From positions 568,236 to 632,235 of the forward strand of contig NW_003314321.1 of the NCBI RefSeq assembly GCF_000143415.4: DNA of 64,000 nucleotides, written 5' to 3'. This DNA comes from Selaginella moellendorffii (taxonomy: Eukaryota > Plantae > Lycopodiophyta). The position numbers and the translations under genes were made by a program. Shown here piece after piece: positions 37,006 through 48,540 of this stretch; the first letter of the stretch is position 1, and each line of letters starts with the position of its first letter. The notes beneath the pieces were generated by a model, which saw only the letters and a program-made list of their open reading frames with translations, did no database searches and had not been told where the DNA came from.

Positions 37006-38908
37006 TTAAACCAAGGATTGTAGAAACTCCCACTTTCCTTCAGGCCTCTTCTCTTGCTTGGATGATTCCTCGTTCTTCTTTTTCTTGTTCTTGCTCTTGT
37101 TCTTCTTACTCTCTGCTGATGGCTTGTCTTCCACCTTCTTCTCGACCTTCTTCTCGCTTTCTTCCATGATCACATCCTCCGATTCCGTAGGCTCTGGGAA
37201 CCCCTCAATGACCTTCATGAGCTCGCGGGTCTCGTCGTTTGGATCGATCTCAAACCTGGCCAACATTCTCGGCCCCGGCCGCTTCCCCGCCGCAACGTAA
37301 ACTTTGAGCATCTTGTTATAGAGGTAGACGTCTCCACGGTACTGGAAGAGATAGGCACGGATCAACTTCTTGGTGGCGAGTGTGTCTTTTTTGCTCTCGA
37401 GCACCGGGAGGAGGCCCACAACTGCCTCGTAGCTCGGGCGGCTCGATCCGAGCTCCTCCATCTTCTTCAAAGCCTTGTCCGGGTCGTTTAAAGACAAATA
37501 TCCCTCCACCAGAGCGTTGCAAGGATAGAAGTTCCGGTACTGATCCTCGGCTCTCTCCTCCAAGAGCTTCTCCGCCTTGTCCATCATCCCCATCTTGGCG
37601 TACACGTCGAGCATCTTAAAGTACTGGTTTCTTCCCGGGATCACCTTGACCACCTCCACGGACTCCCGGAGCAGCTCCTCGGCTCTGTCCACGTCCTGGA
37701 GGTAGCCAAACGCGAGCATTGCACTGAAGTAACAGTTGCGAAAGGTCCCTCCCGGCTGGGCCCGTATGATGCTCCAGATGTTCTCGACTTTGTCTCGATC
37801 GCCCAAGTATCCATACATCTCCAGCATGTAGTTCCGGATCAATGGCTCTGCGGCATGCGGATCAATCTCTTCCAGAGCAGCTCGAGCTTCTTCCTCGATT
37901 CCTGGAAGACCCCCAACCCTCTTGTGGTACTTGAGAAGCATCAGCATGACGATCTCCAGGGTCGGCTTGATTCCCAGCTCCTTCATGTCGGTGTAAAGAG
38001 CCAGCATCTTTTCGTGCATGGCCAAGAAGGCGTACACGGAGATCATGGAGCTGTAGAGCGCTGGGGTGGTGGGCTTGAGATCTTTGATCAGAGAAAGTGC
38101 CTTGGACGCTGCGTTGATCCTTGTCAGAGCCCGGAGGTATGCAGCTACTACTTCCTCGTTGGACCGGAACTTCTCAGGGAGGGAATTGATTTTTTTCTGC
38201 CCTGCGAAGGACCCAAGCTTGCGAGTTGCAATGGTCACCTCCTGCTTGGCATCCTCGAGCGAGAAGACGAAATCAGTCCTCTGGCGAGCGAATTCCATCA
38301 CCTGTTACAAAAAAACTTTAGGGAACGAAAAACAAATCACAGTCACTCAACGAGAACACGCCAAAACTAAGACGCGAGAAAAAAAATCAATGCGCAAGAA
38401 CGAAGAAAGCAAAGATACGAGAACAACACGCAAAAAAAAAAAGCAGCAAGAAATGGGAGAACGAAGAACAGGAAAGAGGAGAAAGAAAAGAAGAAAGCCC
38501 TTACCCGCAATGCTGCGAGAAATCTCTTCTGGACACAAAGAGCTTCGATGACCTCGGAGATATTTCCCTGCGTGACAGTGTTGCCTTGGGCGGCCCATGC
38601 CTCGATCCTCCTCACAGAGAGATCGGGAGTCTTTAAGCACAGGCTAACGAGGCTGCCCTTCTCCTTCTTCCCTTCTTCCGGATCGTTGCCACTCTCATCT
38701 TCATCCTTGGCGTCCGCCGCCTCGGCATACGCTCGCCGGCAGCCAAGACTCGCAGAGGGATTTAGCCTCGGAGGAGCGAAAGAATGCTGGCCATTACTCC
38801 ATCTGGAAGAGCGCGGGGATGAGATTGCAGCTAAAATGCGTCTGGGAATCCCCGTTACCTGGATGGCGCGACGATGATTCTCCACGCCCTCGACGCAGTA
38901 GCACGCAT
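37006..38908 (-). CDS. P-type PPR protein, probably mitochondrial, ~547 aa; exons 38908-38859, 38802-38505, 38301-37006
   Basis: PPR-like helices (ALYSSMISVYA, YFKMLDVYAKMGMMDKAEKLL, LYNKMLKVY); two GT..AG introns give one frame; Arg/Ser-rich N-terminus ending RRAYA. Confidence 0.8.
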
Positions 38909-38994
38909 CGCGAGAAACAAAACCCTAAAAAAGGGTTCAGGGTTTATGGCTTTAAAGCGGCTAGGGTTTAAACGATCTTCTCTTTCGAAATGGA
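38909..38994. promoter_or_regulatory. 86-bp spacer between divergent PPR start codons with telo-box motifs
   Basis: AAACCCTAA at ~38920 and TAGGGTTT at ~38962. Confidence 0.6.
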
Positions 38995-40734
38995 ATGGAG
39001 GAATTGGCAGCCCAGCTGCGATCGTGTGGGCGCACTCGCGATCTCGCCCATGCCCGGACTCTCCACAGTCGGATTCGCCACAGCAAGCATCGCAACAGTA
39101 GATTTCTCGCCAATCTTGTCGTGGAGATGTATGGGCGCTGCGGGAGCACGGCCGACGCCCTGGCGGCCTTCCAGTCAATCGACAAGCCCAATTCCTTCTC
39201 CTGGAACATCGTGATCGCGGCATTCGCCCACAACGGCCAGATCGACACCGCGCGGGCCCTCTTCGACCAGATGCCCGAGAGAGAGAGAAGCCAAGACCCA
39301 ATCTCTTGGAATTGTCTCATCACTGCGTATGGCGAGCGCGATCGTTCGGGCGAAGCGCGCGAGCTCTTCGATCAAATGCCCTCTCGCGACACGATTTCCT
39401 GGAACGCAATGCTCGCAGCGTATGCCCAACAAGGGAATCTAGACGAATCTAAACTCCTCTTCGATCGCATGCCCAACAAGGACATTATCTCGTGGAACAC
39501 CCTCATCTCTACGTACGGAAGAACTGGCCAGTTTGAAATGGCCCAAGCTACGTTCGACGCAATGGCTGTACGTAACTCTGTGACGTGGAACTCTCTCCTA
39601 GCAGCATATGCCCAGACCGGGCATCTACACAAAGCGGAATCTTTACTAGATTCCATGCCCGGGCATCTACGTGATGCTGTCACCACGACCATCATGGTAA
39701 ACGCATATACCCAGGCAGGGAAAATCCAGGAATCTAGAAGAATATACTCCAGCTGCCACAACAAAGATGATTTTACTTCCAGCGCTATGATACACGCGTA
39801 TGCCCAACACGGGCATCTCCACGAAGCTAAGCAAATTTTCGACACATCTCCACACCACGACGCTGTCTCCTGGAACTCCATGCTTGGAGCTTACACCAAA
39901 AACGGCCACTTTCACGAAGCTTTGCTTCTCTTCCAAAAAATTCCCACCAAGGACGTTGTCTCCTGGAACTTGATGATTGTCACGTACTCTCAAACCGGCG
40001 ATTTTGCCTCGGCGATTCGGTTCTTCCGCGCTATGGATCTCGATGGCGTTCATCCTGACAATGTAACTTTCCTCGCTGTGATAGAAGCCTGTGGAAGCCA
40101 AGCGGACCTGTTGCTGGGACGAGCAATCCACTCGGAGGTCTCCCACCCCGATATACTTCTCGTCAATGCCTTGATCGGGATGTATAGCAAGTGCTCGAGC
40201 TTGGAGGCCGCCAGAGAAATCTTCGTGTCCTGGCCTTGCAAAGACGTGGTGTTGTGGACGAGCCTTGTCTCGTCCTATGCTGAAAATGGTCGAGGGCAGG
40301 AGTCACTCCACCTCTTCCAATCGATGCAGCTCGATGGTATCAATCCCGACCAGGTGACTTTCATCGCTATCCTGTCCAAGTGTGCTCAAGCCGGCCTTCT
40401 TCACGCGGCTCACACCTTCTTCTCCTGTATCCCCAACCACGGCCTTGTTCCAGCGCTGGATCACTACGTCTGCCTGGCTGATGCTCTGGGACGATCTGGC
40501 TGGATAGAGCAAGCCTCGGAGCTTCTCGACTTAATGCCGTACGAACCCGACGCTGCCGCTTGGACGAGCCTTCTCTCTGCCTGTAACGTTCACCACCACA
40601 CTACTTCCAGCATTGGTGGAGCAGCGGCTCTGCGAGCTTTGAGTCTACACCCGAGCGACGGCACTCCGTATCTCCTGTTATCAAACCTGCGCTCTCAAAC
40701 TGTGATCTCGGCTGTCCAGAGTCACTCCTCGTAA
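38995..40734 (+). CDS. PLS-class PPR protein, S-motif-rich, with E-type C-terminus, 579 aa
   Basis: Intronless ORF; repeated SWNAMLAAYAQ.G motifs; LGRSGWIEQA..MPYEPDAAAWTSLLSAC...PYLLLSNL. Confidence 0.92.
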   Translation: MEELAAQLRSCGRTRDLAHARTLHSRIRHSKHRNSRFLANLVVEMYGRCGSTADALAAFQSIDKPNSFSWNIVIAAFAHNGQIDTARALFDQMPERERSQDPISWNCLITAYGERDRSGEARELFDQMPSRDTISWNAMLAAYAQQGNLDESKLLFDRMPNKDIISWNTLISTYGRTGQFEMAQATFDAMAVRNSVTWNSLLAAYAQTGHLHKAESLLDSMPGHLRDAVTTTIMVNAYTQAGKIQESRRIYSSCHNKDDFTSSAMIHAYAQHGHLHEAKQIFDTSPHHDAVSWNSMLGAYTKNGHFHEALLLFQKIPTKDVVSWNLMIVTYSQTGDFASAIRFFRAMDLDGVHPDNVTFLAVIEACGSQADLLLGRAIHSEVSHPDILLVNALIGMYSKCSSLEAAREIFVSWPCKDVVLWTSLVSSYAENGRGQESLHLFQSMQLDGINPDQVTFIAILSKCAQAGLLHAAHTFFSCIPNHGLVPALDHYVCLADALGRSGWIEQASELLDLMPYEPDAAAWTSLLSACNVHHHTTSSIGGAAALRALSLHPSDGTPYLLLSNLRSQTVISAVQSHSS

Positions 40735-43227
40735 TCGGTCATAAAGTCTGGCTCGCTGGGCTTGTAAAGTAAACGAGCCGTGGCTCTGCTTGATCTCAAC
40801 CGCTGGACACCCCGCATTGCGTTGACAGCAAACTTAGAGGCGAACAAGGCTGCTCCGAAGCTGATGGAAGTAGAAGTTTTAAGCGGTGCCCCTCCGTCGT
40901 CTATGAGACTGGCTAGTAACTCGAGTTGCCGCTTTTGGTCTTGTTTCTTAACGTGACGTCTCCAGGCAGCTTGAATGTACTGAGCTGCCCAGGTACGCCA
41001 CTGCTGCGAGTAGTAGCGTATCGTATGCTGGAGCTGTTTGCTGTGCATCCTTCGGAACTGACCGGCCACAAATCTCAAGTCCTCGGCTTTGAAAGAGAAA
41101 CCTTCCACCTCTTTCAACGCTTTAACCGTCCGAGTCGAGGTCGGAAGGTTTTTCGGCTTTGGGAGCAAAGCCCAGGACAAGAGTTCTTCGCCACAGAAAT
41201 CTCCCGGCCCCAGAATGCTCACGTTCAAAAAACCTGTGCGCCCTCCATCTGTAGTTACACTTTCCAAGTTTCCTCGGATAATAAACAGCATCTCGTTGAC
41301 AGGATCACCTTCCCGAGTAATAAACGTTCCTTCCGTGTGAAGAGCAGAGGTAAGTCTCTCACACATAGCATCTAAAAGTCGTTCGTCCATCTGACTAAAC
41401 AATGGGACCTGTAAACATCATGACTTAGCTCGAGATGAAAGTAGATAGCCAAGCAACTTACCCTGCGAACTAGATTCAGGCAAAGATGCCGCTTGATATC
41501 TCTTTTCAGGTCAACTGGTAAGCTTTGGACGAGCGCTTCTTCGTCAACTCCCCTTGTTGCCACCCATTTCTGCTGGTCATATCTCCGTACTCGATCACGT
41601 AGCTCAGGCGGCAATTGCCGGTGGCTCATCCACTGCTCTGTGTCACGACGTTTAAGCCTCATTTGTTCCAACCTCACTGTAACAGATTGCAAGTACGTCT
41701 GCATAAACACAAAAGAAGCTAAAAGAATGACGCTTTGAGAAAGACAGGGCAACCGACCTGCATGTTTCCAATGAGCAGAGCGAACAGAACTAATCCCAGG
41801 ATCGCGATAACAATAGCAAACAGAATCTCCCAAACAAACGTACTTGTTTCCAGATTTTGACCCAGCGCACTACAGAGCGCACGTTCATTGTGAGTCCAAG
41901 AATATAAAAAGACGCGCTCATACCTCAGGTTACGCAATCCCCACCACAGACAGTAGAAATATTTCTTGAAGAACGCGGTGTTTGTTGTGATTCCGTTCTT
42001 GAGAGCTTCATTATAAATGCCAAAGTTGAAGCTGTCCTGATCGGCGGAGCATCGTTGACTTATATCGGTCGAGTTAGCCCATTGCCTCCGCTGCCCGGAT
42101 AAACCATTTGTCCGACTTTGACAGTCCAGAAAGCGCTTGCACAAGTGTATACCAAAAGTGGTATCACGCCGACATTCTCTACGCCAGCAAGTGTCCTGGC
42201 GTTCCACCGCTAGCAAGTACCACGTAGCGCCAAGTACCTGCAATAAAGAACAACGGTTTCCTTAAAGTTGGATGGATGTAGACGGCACGACACAGACTTA
42301 CATGACTTGCGAGCATGAAAAGTATAAGATTGTATGCCGCTCCAGCCCACGGAGTCTCCAGCACCATTCCAGTGCTCTTGACCATCTTCATTGTTAACGG
42401 ATAGATCCTGAGCAGCCGCGGGAGGTACTGGAAAAAGACCACGAATCTCAAGGCGGTCTTAGTGCTTGCTGCCGGTGTGCTCTTCAGAACTGGTATCAAA
42501 ATCCAGATTATGAACTAGAACAAAAGTTTGGATTAGCCTTGCCGGAAAAAAAAAAAAGAAAAAAAAAAGAAATAGAGAGAGAGACAATAAAGACGGCAGA
42601 CCTGTGGAAGAGGCAAGACAGCAACCAAGTCAAGCCAGAAGTTCCTGGTGAGATACTTCATGGCAATTTGCTTCGTATCCACGACGAGCTCTCCTTTCCC
42701 AAAAACTTGCGAAGAGGGAGCGATGAAACCCATCCGGAACTCCAAAACCATGTGTAGAATGTAGAACAAGTCGGTGAGTGTTCGCAGCAGTGTCACGGCG
42801 ATGGCGAGATCGGTCTCGATTCTCACGCAAATGCTATTGCTCACCACCGGAAGGTAGAAGAAGAGTGGATCCACAAACACGGCGATCCAGCAGGAGACGA
42901 CGAAGAATTTGTTCCACTGATGCACGAAATTGCTGCGTGGATCCAGGACCTTGGAATTCGGCAGCCTGTCATCCAGCTTAAAATCCGATGCCTCCATCAC
43001 TTTGTCGAGATCCCACACCGCCGCGCCTGGAATCCCCTGGCTGTCCCACTTGTGCCTAAGAGCAGCATCATCCATGGGCTTGTAGTGCCCATTCTCGGCC
43101 GGGCGCACCGAATTCGAGACATCCGAGCTAAGATCGCTCGGGAACCTGACGGGCGAGAGGAGAATCGAGGGAAAAAATAAGCTTGAGATTCCAAGAATGT
43201 TCCCTACCTGACGAACGATCGCCCCAT
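40722..43227 (-). CDS. CNGC: Cyclic nucleotide-gated ion channel, multi-exon
   Basis: Spliced start MGRSFVR|FPSD; VDPLFFYLP, QYLPRLLRIYP, CLWWGLRNL|SALGQNL pore, GDFCGEELLSWAL CNBD, IQAAWRRH IQ motif. Confidence 0.93.
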
Positions 43228-43441
43228 TTCTGATCGCCGATCAACAATGACGCGAATCCCCCGCCGAGAGGGCGCATCAAATCCTTGACCCCAGCGTCGC
43301 GATGAACCCTAAAGACCGTCCTGTTCACGATAATCAAAACACACGATGCCGGCACTTTTGTCCCAGTCCTTTCTATCCTTTAGGTAACTTGGGTAAATCC
43401 GACAACTATCCAAGTTAAAAAAATAATTGATAGCTGATCGA

Positions 43442-45156
43442 TCACTCGGGAATTTTCTCTAGAGCTCCATTCTCGCCCTCTAGATCTTTCGCCGGAGGGG
43501 GAAGAGGATCGCCATCCTCTTTCACTCCTCCATCGCCACCATCGCCACCATCGCCATCGCCATCTTCTTCTTCATCGCCATCGCCATCGCCATCGCCATC
43601 GCCCTCCTCCTCGTCGTCTCCTTCATCGTCTTCCTCATCCTCATCCTCGTTCTCCTCCTCTTCCTCCTCGTCGGAGTTTGCCCGGTACTCACTGTCCGCA
43701 ACCTCGCGGGTGGCTTGCTCCTCGGCCCGCCGGAACCAGTCGGCGATGGCCTCCTTGTAAATCTTGGCCTTCTTCGCCTCTGGAACCTCCTCCTCCGCCT
43801 TCTCGATGTTCCCCTTCCTCTCCGACCAGGGAGGGATCGTCACCACCACAGCGCTCGAGTGAAACCACGAAACGTCCACTTGCTCGGTCCGGTAGCGTCC
43901 ACACTCCTTCCCAGTGATCCACGCAAAATTCCTCAAGCACCACTTCAAGTTGGCGTCCGTCTTGACACCGTCGCGACCTCTCGGGAGCTCCTCGGCTGCG
44001 GTGGTATCCCTGTCCAGATCGTCAAAGCCTTCCCGGAACTCTCCCAAGAATCCTGGAGCTTTCTCGCCGACGATCTTCCCCAAGTAGAGCAGTGCCGGGT
44101 TCTCGCTCTCGCTGTTCTTGTAGACTGGCTTGAGCTCCACTTCCAGCCCCGCTGCCTTTGCTGCCGCGAACAGCATGGCATCGGCCCCCTTGAGCAGCCA
44201 AGTCTTGTCATCCCTGAGACCATCGACCCTGAGCTCGTCGCTAACTTCGTACTGCTGCTGGCAAGCAAAACCCAGGACACCACCATCGGGGTAGAAGTTC
44301 GCGTTGTTGGTGGCTTCGATCCAGAGCTCGTAGAGCGGCAGGGTGTGAGCGTCAACCAGAGTGTCGTTCACTCCTACCACTCTCTTTCTCTTGTTACTGT
44401 CCACCAGTCTGAAAAGCTTGTAAGTCAGTGTGATCTGGTAGCCCGAAGTTACCTCGGTGATCAAGTGGTCGCAACCGGCAATGAAAGCTACCCAGTGGAT
44501 TGACTCGGTGGTGTCCCAGGTCGAGAAAGTATTGAGCTTGCTTCCGGACTTTCTCACCATGACCTCTCCGCCCGTGAAAGAGAATGGAAGTCCGACGATC
44601 AAGTAGCCAAAGACGTCGCCCTCTTCGTTTGGGAGCATCGAGTCATTGAGCTCTCGCTCGCCGCCGGTGACGATCACTGTGAGCTTGTGGAGCTGCGCGC
44701 GGAGGATGGCGCCGGGGCCGAGGAGCTTGGTGATCTCGTCCATGATGAAGAACTTGCCCAGATCGAAGTTTGTGGCGAAAGAATGGGGGTCGAGCTCGTG
44801 AACAAGGTGTCCTGGGAGTTTTTCTAGAGCTAGAATGGAAGAAAAGAGGATTTCTAACTACCTTCTTGGAGATTTGCGGTCTCGTCCAGGAGCTCCTCGA
44901 TGCCGGTATCATCGTAAGGCTCCACGGGAAGGTGGAGATGGCCGTGAGAATCGTTCTCCTGGACGATAGATCGATCGATGAGAAATGTATTTTGGTAGAC
45001 CGATCGATCGATCGATCGATCGATATATTTTCGTACCTTCGTGTACCAGATCCCAATCCCTTCCTGTGGCAGCGGCAATGATCCGCCGCAGCAAAATCTC
45101 CCTTCGCTCTTCTTGATGGCGGAGTTGATGCCGCGGATGATGCTCGTCTCGTCCAT
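43442..45156 (-). CDS. 2OG-Fe(II) oxygenase-like protein of a fungal-like family, probably catalytically degenerate, with acidic tail; exons 45156-45037, 44958-44862, 44811-43442 (~528 aa)
   Basis: FCCGGSLP, ELDPHSFATNFD, RAQLHKLTV, FGYLIVGLPFSFTGGEVMVR, WVAFIAGCDHLITEVTSGYQITLTYKL, LGFACQQQY, LLKGADAML; splice sites keep frame. Confidence 0.75.
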
Positions 45157-45222
45157 CTGGCCTAAAACCCTAGAACATAAACCCTAAGGTGGAAAAAAAA
45201 TCAAAATAAAGGCTGGAGCAAA
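45157..45222. promoter_or_regulatory. 66-bp spacer between divergent start codons with two telo-boxes
   Basis: aaaaccctag and aaaccctaa. Confidence 0.6.
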
Positions 45223-46005
45223 ATGGCGCTTATTTTTGGCCATGGCCGCCTCGCGATCGCTCCTCCTCCTCCTCCTCTCTCTCCACGCGCGGAGAATCTC
45301 GATCGAGCCGGCCAGACCCGGCGCACGGTTCTCACCGATCGTAATCGCACCAAGCTCAACATCGCTCCAGATCGCGATTTCTACGCATTCCCCAGGCTCG
45401 TCACGCACGTCGACGATGGATTCATCCGGGAGCTCACGGATGTCTACCGGCAGCGCATTCCAGCGGGATCCGAGGTCCTGGATCTCATGAGCTCCTGGGT
45501 GAGCCATCTCCCCCCGGAATTCTCCTACAAGAGAGTCGTCGGCCATGGCCTCAATGCCCAGGAGCTCCTCAAGAACAAGCGCCTGGACGATTTCTTCGTC
45601 AAGGACCTCAATCGCGATCCATCCTTGAGCGGAATCGCGGCCGAGAGCTTCGATGCCGTGGTGTGTGCCGTGAGCGTGCAGTACCTGGAGCAGCCGGAGA
45701 AGATTTTCGCGGAGATTCTTAGGGTTCTTCGCCCCGGGGGAGTGTGCATCGTGAGCTTCAGCAATAGGATGTTCTACGACAAGGCAATCGCGGCGTGGAG
45801 GAATGGGAGCGATTACTCGAGGATCCAGCTCGTGGTCCAGTACTTCCAGGCCGTGGCTGGATTCACGCAGCCGGAGATCATCAAGAGGATTCCCGGAATG
45901 GTGGACGATTCGACTCTCATCTCTCGCCTCCTCAATTTCTGGCGAGCGCCAGGGAAAGATCCATTCTACGCTGTGATCTCCTACAGGAACATCAAGCCGG
46001 TGTGA
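45223..46005 (+). CDS. Class I SAM-dependent methyltransferase (type 11), likely plastid-targeted
   Basis: DRDFYAFPRLVTHVDD, VLDLMSSWVSHLP, GHGLNAQEL, SFDAVVCAVSVQYL, RVLRPGG, SFSNRMF. Confidence 0.9.
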   Translation: MALIFGHGRLAIAPPPPPLSPRAENLDRAGQTRRTVLTDRNRTKLNIAPDRDFYAFPRLVTHVDDGFIRELTDVYRQRIPAGSEVLDLMSSWVSHLPPEFSYKRVVGHGLNAQELLKNKRLDDFFVKDLNRDPSLSGIAAESFDAVVCAVSVQYLEQPEKIFAEILRVLRPGGVCIVSFSNRMFYDKAIAAWRNGSDYSRIQLVVQYFQAVAGFTQPEIIKRIPGMVDDSTLISRLLNFWRAPGKDPFYAVISYRNIKPV

Positions 46006-46389
46006 TCCTGGATTCGCAATGCTCCTTCGCGATCGATCGATCAACCGGAGTTTCGCATAAGATTTTTGCAAAAAAAAAATTACCATTAAAAATTTTACAA
46101 AACTTCAGGGGTCGGAATATGACTTATACTTCGAGACACACAGACGGGTCATCAGACGCATACTCTACGACCCAAGAAGTACATGTGTACAAAACGCGAC
46201 ACTATTTAAAGAGATGAGCTTCATTTGCGCTTGGGCATGTGGGATAATTGTGCTTTGCCCTAGACCTAAGCAGGGCAAAGTCATCAAAATATGGAATATG
46301 TTGATTTTTAAATTGTCAGTTTTTAAAATTGATTGCGTCAAGAAGCTCCCATCCAGCTGTCAAAAATGGAAGGGCTGAAATATGTTCTA

Positions 46390-47053
46390 TCGGAGAGCAG
46401 CCTGGATTTTCCCGAGTACGTGAGATTGCTCAAGAAATGTGGCCAGGAGAGGGCTTTGGCCCATGGCAATCTCGTCAGGGATCACGCCAACGACGAGCAC
46501 GACACCAATATGATCATCCAAATGTATGGGAGAGGGGGAGATGCAAGAGGCCCGAGGATGCCCACGAGGTCTTTGATCGAATCAAGCATCGCAAAGCCTT
46601 CTCCTGGAGCAACCTCGTCGAGTGCTACGTCCAGAATGCTATGTACCAAGGAGGCACCGGAGATTTACAAGGAGATGGTAAGAGAAGAGATCTCCATCGA
46701 CACTTACACACTTTCCAGCATCTCCTCTAGGCACCCGCACTTCACGAAGAGATGGATCAAAGAAGGGGTGGTGGCCACCACCACGTCCTTCTGAAATCCA
46801 AGCTCCCCGGCTTTTCACCCCTTCTTCGTCCAAGAGCTTGCATGCCGCCAGGGCATGCAAGCTTTCGGTCCATGGCAGCAATGCGAGACACACTGGAAGA
46901 TGCGATCACAGGGGCTCGTAGTAATCCTTGGAGCTTGCTCAGTCCGGATCCTTTGCGATAACGGCCACAAGTCATGACAGTCCGAGCATGGCGTCCAAGA
47001 TCATAGACTGGCATATTATTGCCCGAGATGGAACTCGGTTTCATCACTTTGAT
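46390..47053. pseudogene. Mosaic of fragments of the PPR-DYW gene (1700-4362) in alternating orientations
   Basis: Segments match source ~3790-4140 (inverted), ~3640-3780 (direct), ~3600-3630 and ~3450-3530 (inverted), 1811-1825 (direct), ~1735-1795 (inverted). Confidence 0.85.
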
Positions 47054-48199
47054 ATAGAATTTGCTCTACTGTCTCTCTTTCTTCTGGGATTTTAAGTTTC
47101 AGTGATCGAAGATCAAATAGAGATCTCGTCAACCAAAGGGGGAACTCTGCAACATCGGACGTTGGAAAAACCATTGTACGGCAAGACACAAAGAGAAGCA
47201 GTGTAAGACCTTTGATGGTGGTCAAAACTATCCAGAGTGTTCTTGCACCGGTCTTGCAAGATTGAAAAGAGGTGCCTGTTTTGATCTTATTGCTTCTCCA
47301 AACCTTGGACATCCAGCCAGCGAATTTGTTGATAAGTTTCCTGTAAAATTTCACTTCTGGAGTGTATTGGCTGAAAGCTATACCATTGTAGTGGTCTCCA
47401 AAGTAATTTCCAGAGACGAGAGGAGCAACACCGTTTTGCTCGATCCCTCTGTGACGAACGCGGGAGTCTGGTCCTTCTGCGGCATGACCATGAACGTGAT
47501 AACTTACATGCTGGCTAATGTCGAAGCGATAGTGGACATTTTGAGGCTGGCCGGGGTTTTCAACGTACATGCCGGGGAAACTCCGGTCAATGGAGCTTTA
47601 GAAGCAAGCTCGAGGGAATGGAGCTTAAAAATCTCTCTGGCAGCTCTCTCGGAGCTAATTACAGTTTTCTAAAATTTCTTCTTCTATCAAGAAATTAGTC
47701 ATGCCATCATTATGGTTCTTTTTTTTTTTTTTCCTTTTAAATGGTGATGAGCAAGAAACAGCAGTGACTATGAGAGCTATATTTTATTCATCAAAGCTGT
47801 GCGAGTTAGGGTTTGCGATGGAGAGGATGAGCCCAAGCATTAGGGAGGCGCTCAAATTAGCAGAGGAGCGAACTCGTGAGGCACTGAAGAGCTACGAGGA
47901 GCAGTCCCGGGCTGTCAAGGCTGCCCGGTCAAGGAAAGAATCGGCCGACAAGAAGAAAGGATTGGAGGCGCCCAACCCGGAGTCCGAGGTATCAGAAAAA
48001 GCTCCGCAAGAACTCCTTTGACAAGCCGGACAGGCGTCTCTGTGTCAAGGAGAGATGACTGTGTAAAATGATCTTGGGTAGTTTCCAATAGGATGTTTAG
48101 CGATCGCTGAAGGATTGCAGGTAGTGATCACCTCCTCCTCCATTAGCGATTCCCGCGTCGGTAAGGGCAGGGATATACAGGGACCGGATTTTTTTTCTT

Positions 48200-48540
48200 G
48201 TGAAAGATCTTGCTCGCATCATATGCCCAGCATGGGCAGCTGGACGGAATCGAGAAAAGCACCATCAGCCTTGATCGGAGCATTCTACAAGGTGGCGTCC
48301 TGAGTCGAGGATCACCATTTGCGCACGAATTGGAGCACTCGCTTGATCTCGGCACGGATGCGAACTTGAGTTGCCTGCTCGTCGACATCAGCAGCTTGGA
48401 AGATGCTTGTGAGATGCTTCCGCATGAGGATGGCGCTGGACTTCGACACACGGTGGCGTTGCTAAGCGTCCTGGAAGTGAAAGAGAGCTCCTCCACGAGA
48501 GAGGCTGGCAAACGGACGTCTTGGTCGGACCGTGGTGCTG
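48200..48540 (+). pseudogene. Highly decayed PLS-PPR remnant related to copies A/B/C
   Basis: LASYAQHGQL, LDLGTDANLSCLL, gagaggctggcaaacggacgtcttggtcgg shared with 21645-21675. Confidence 0.6.

Noticed and set aside
44965-45024. (GATC)n palindromic run
   Set aside because: Simple intronic microsatellite with no evidence of function
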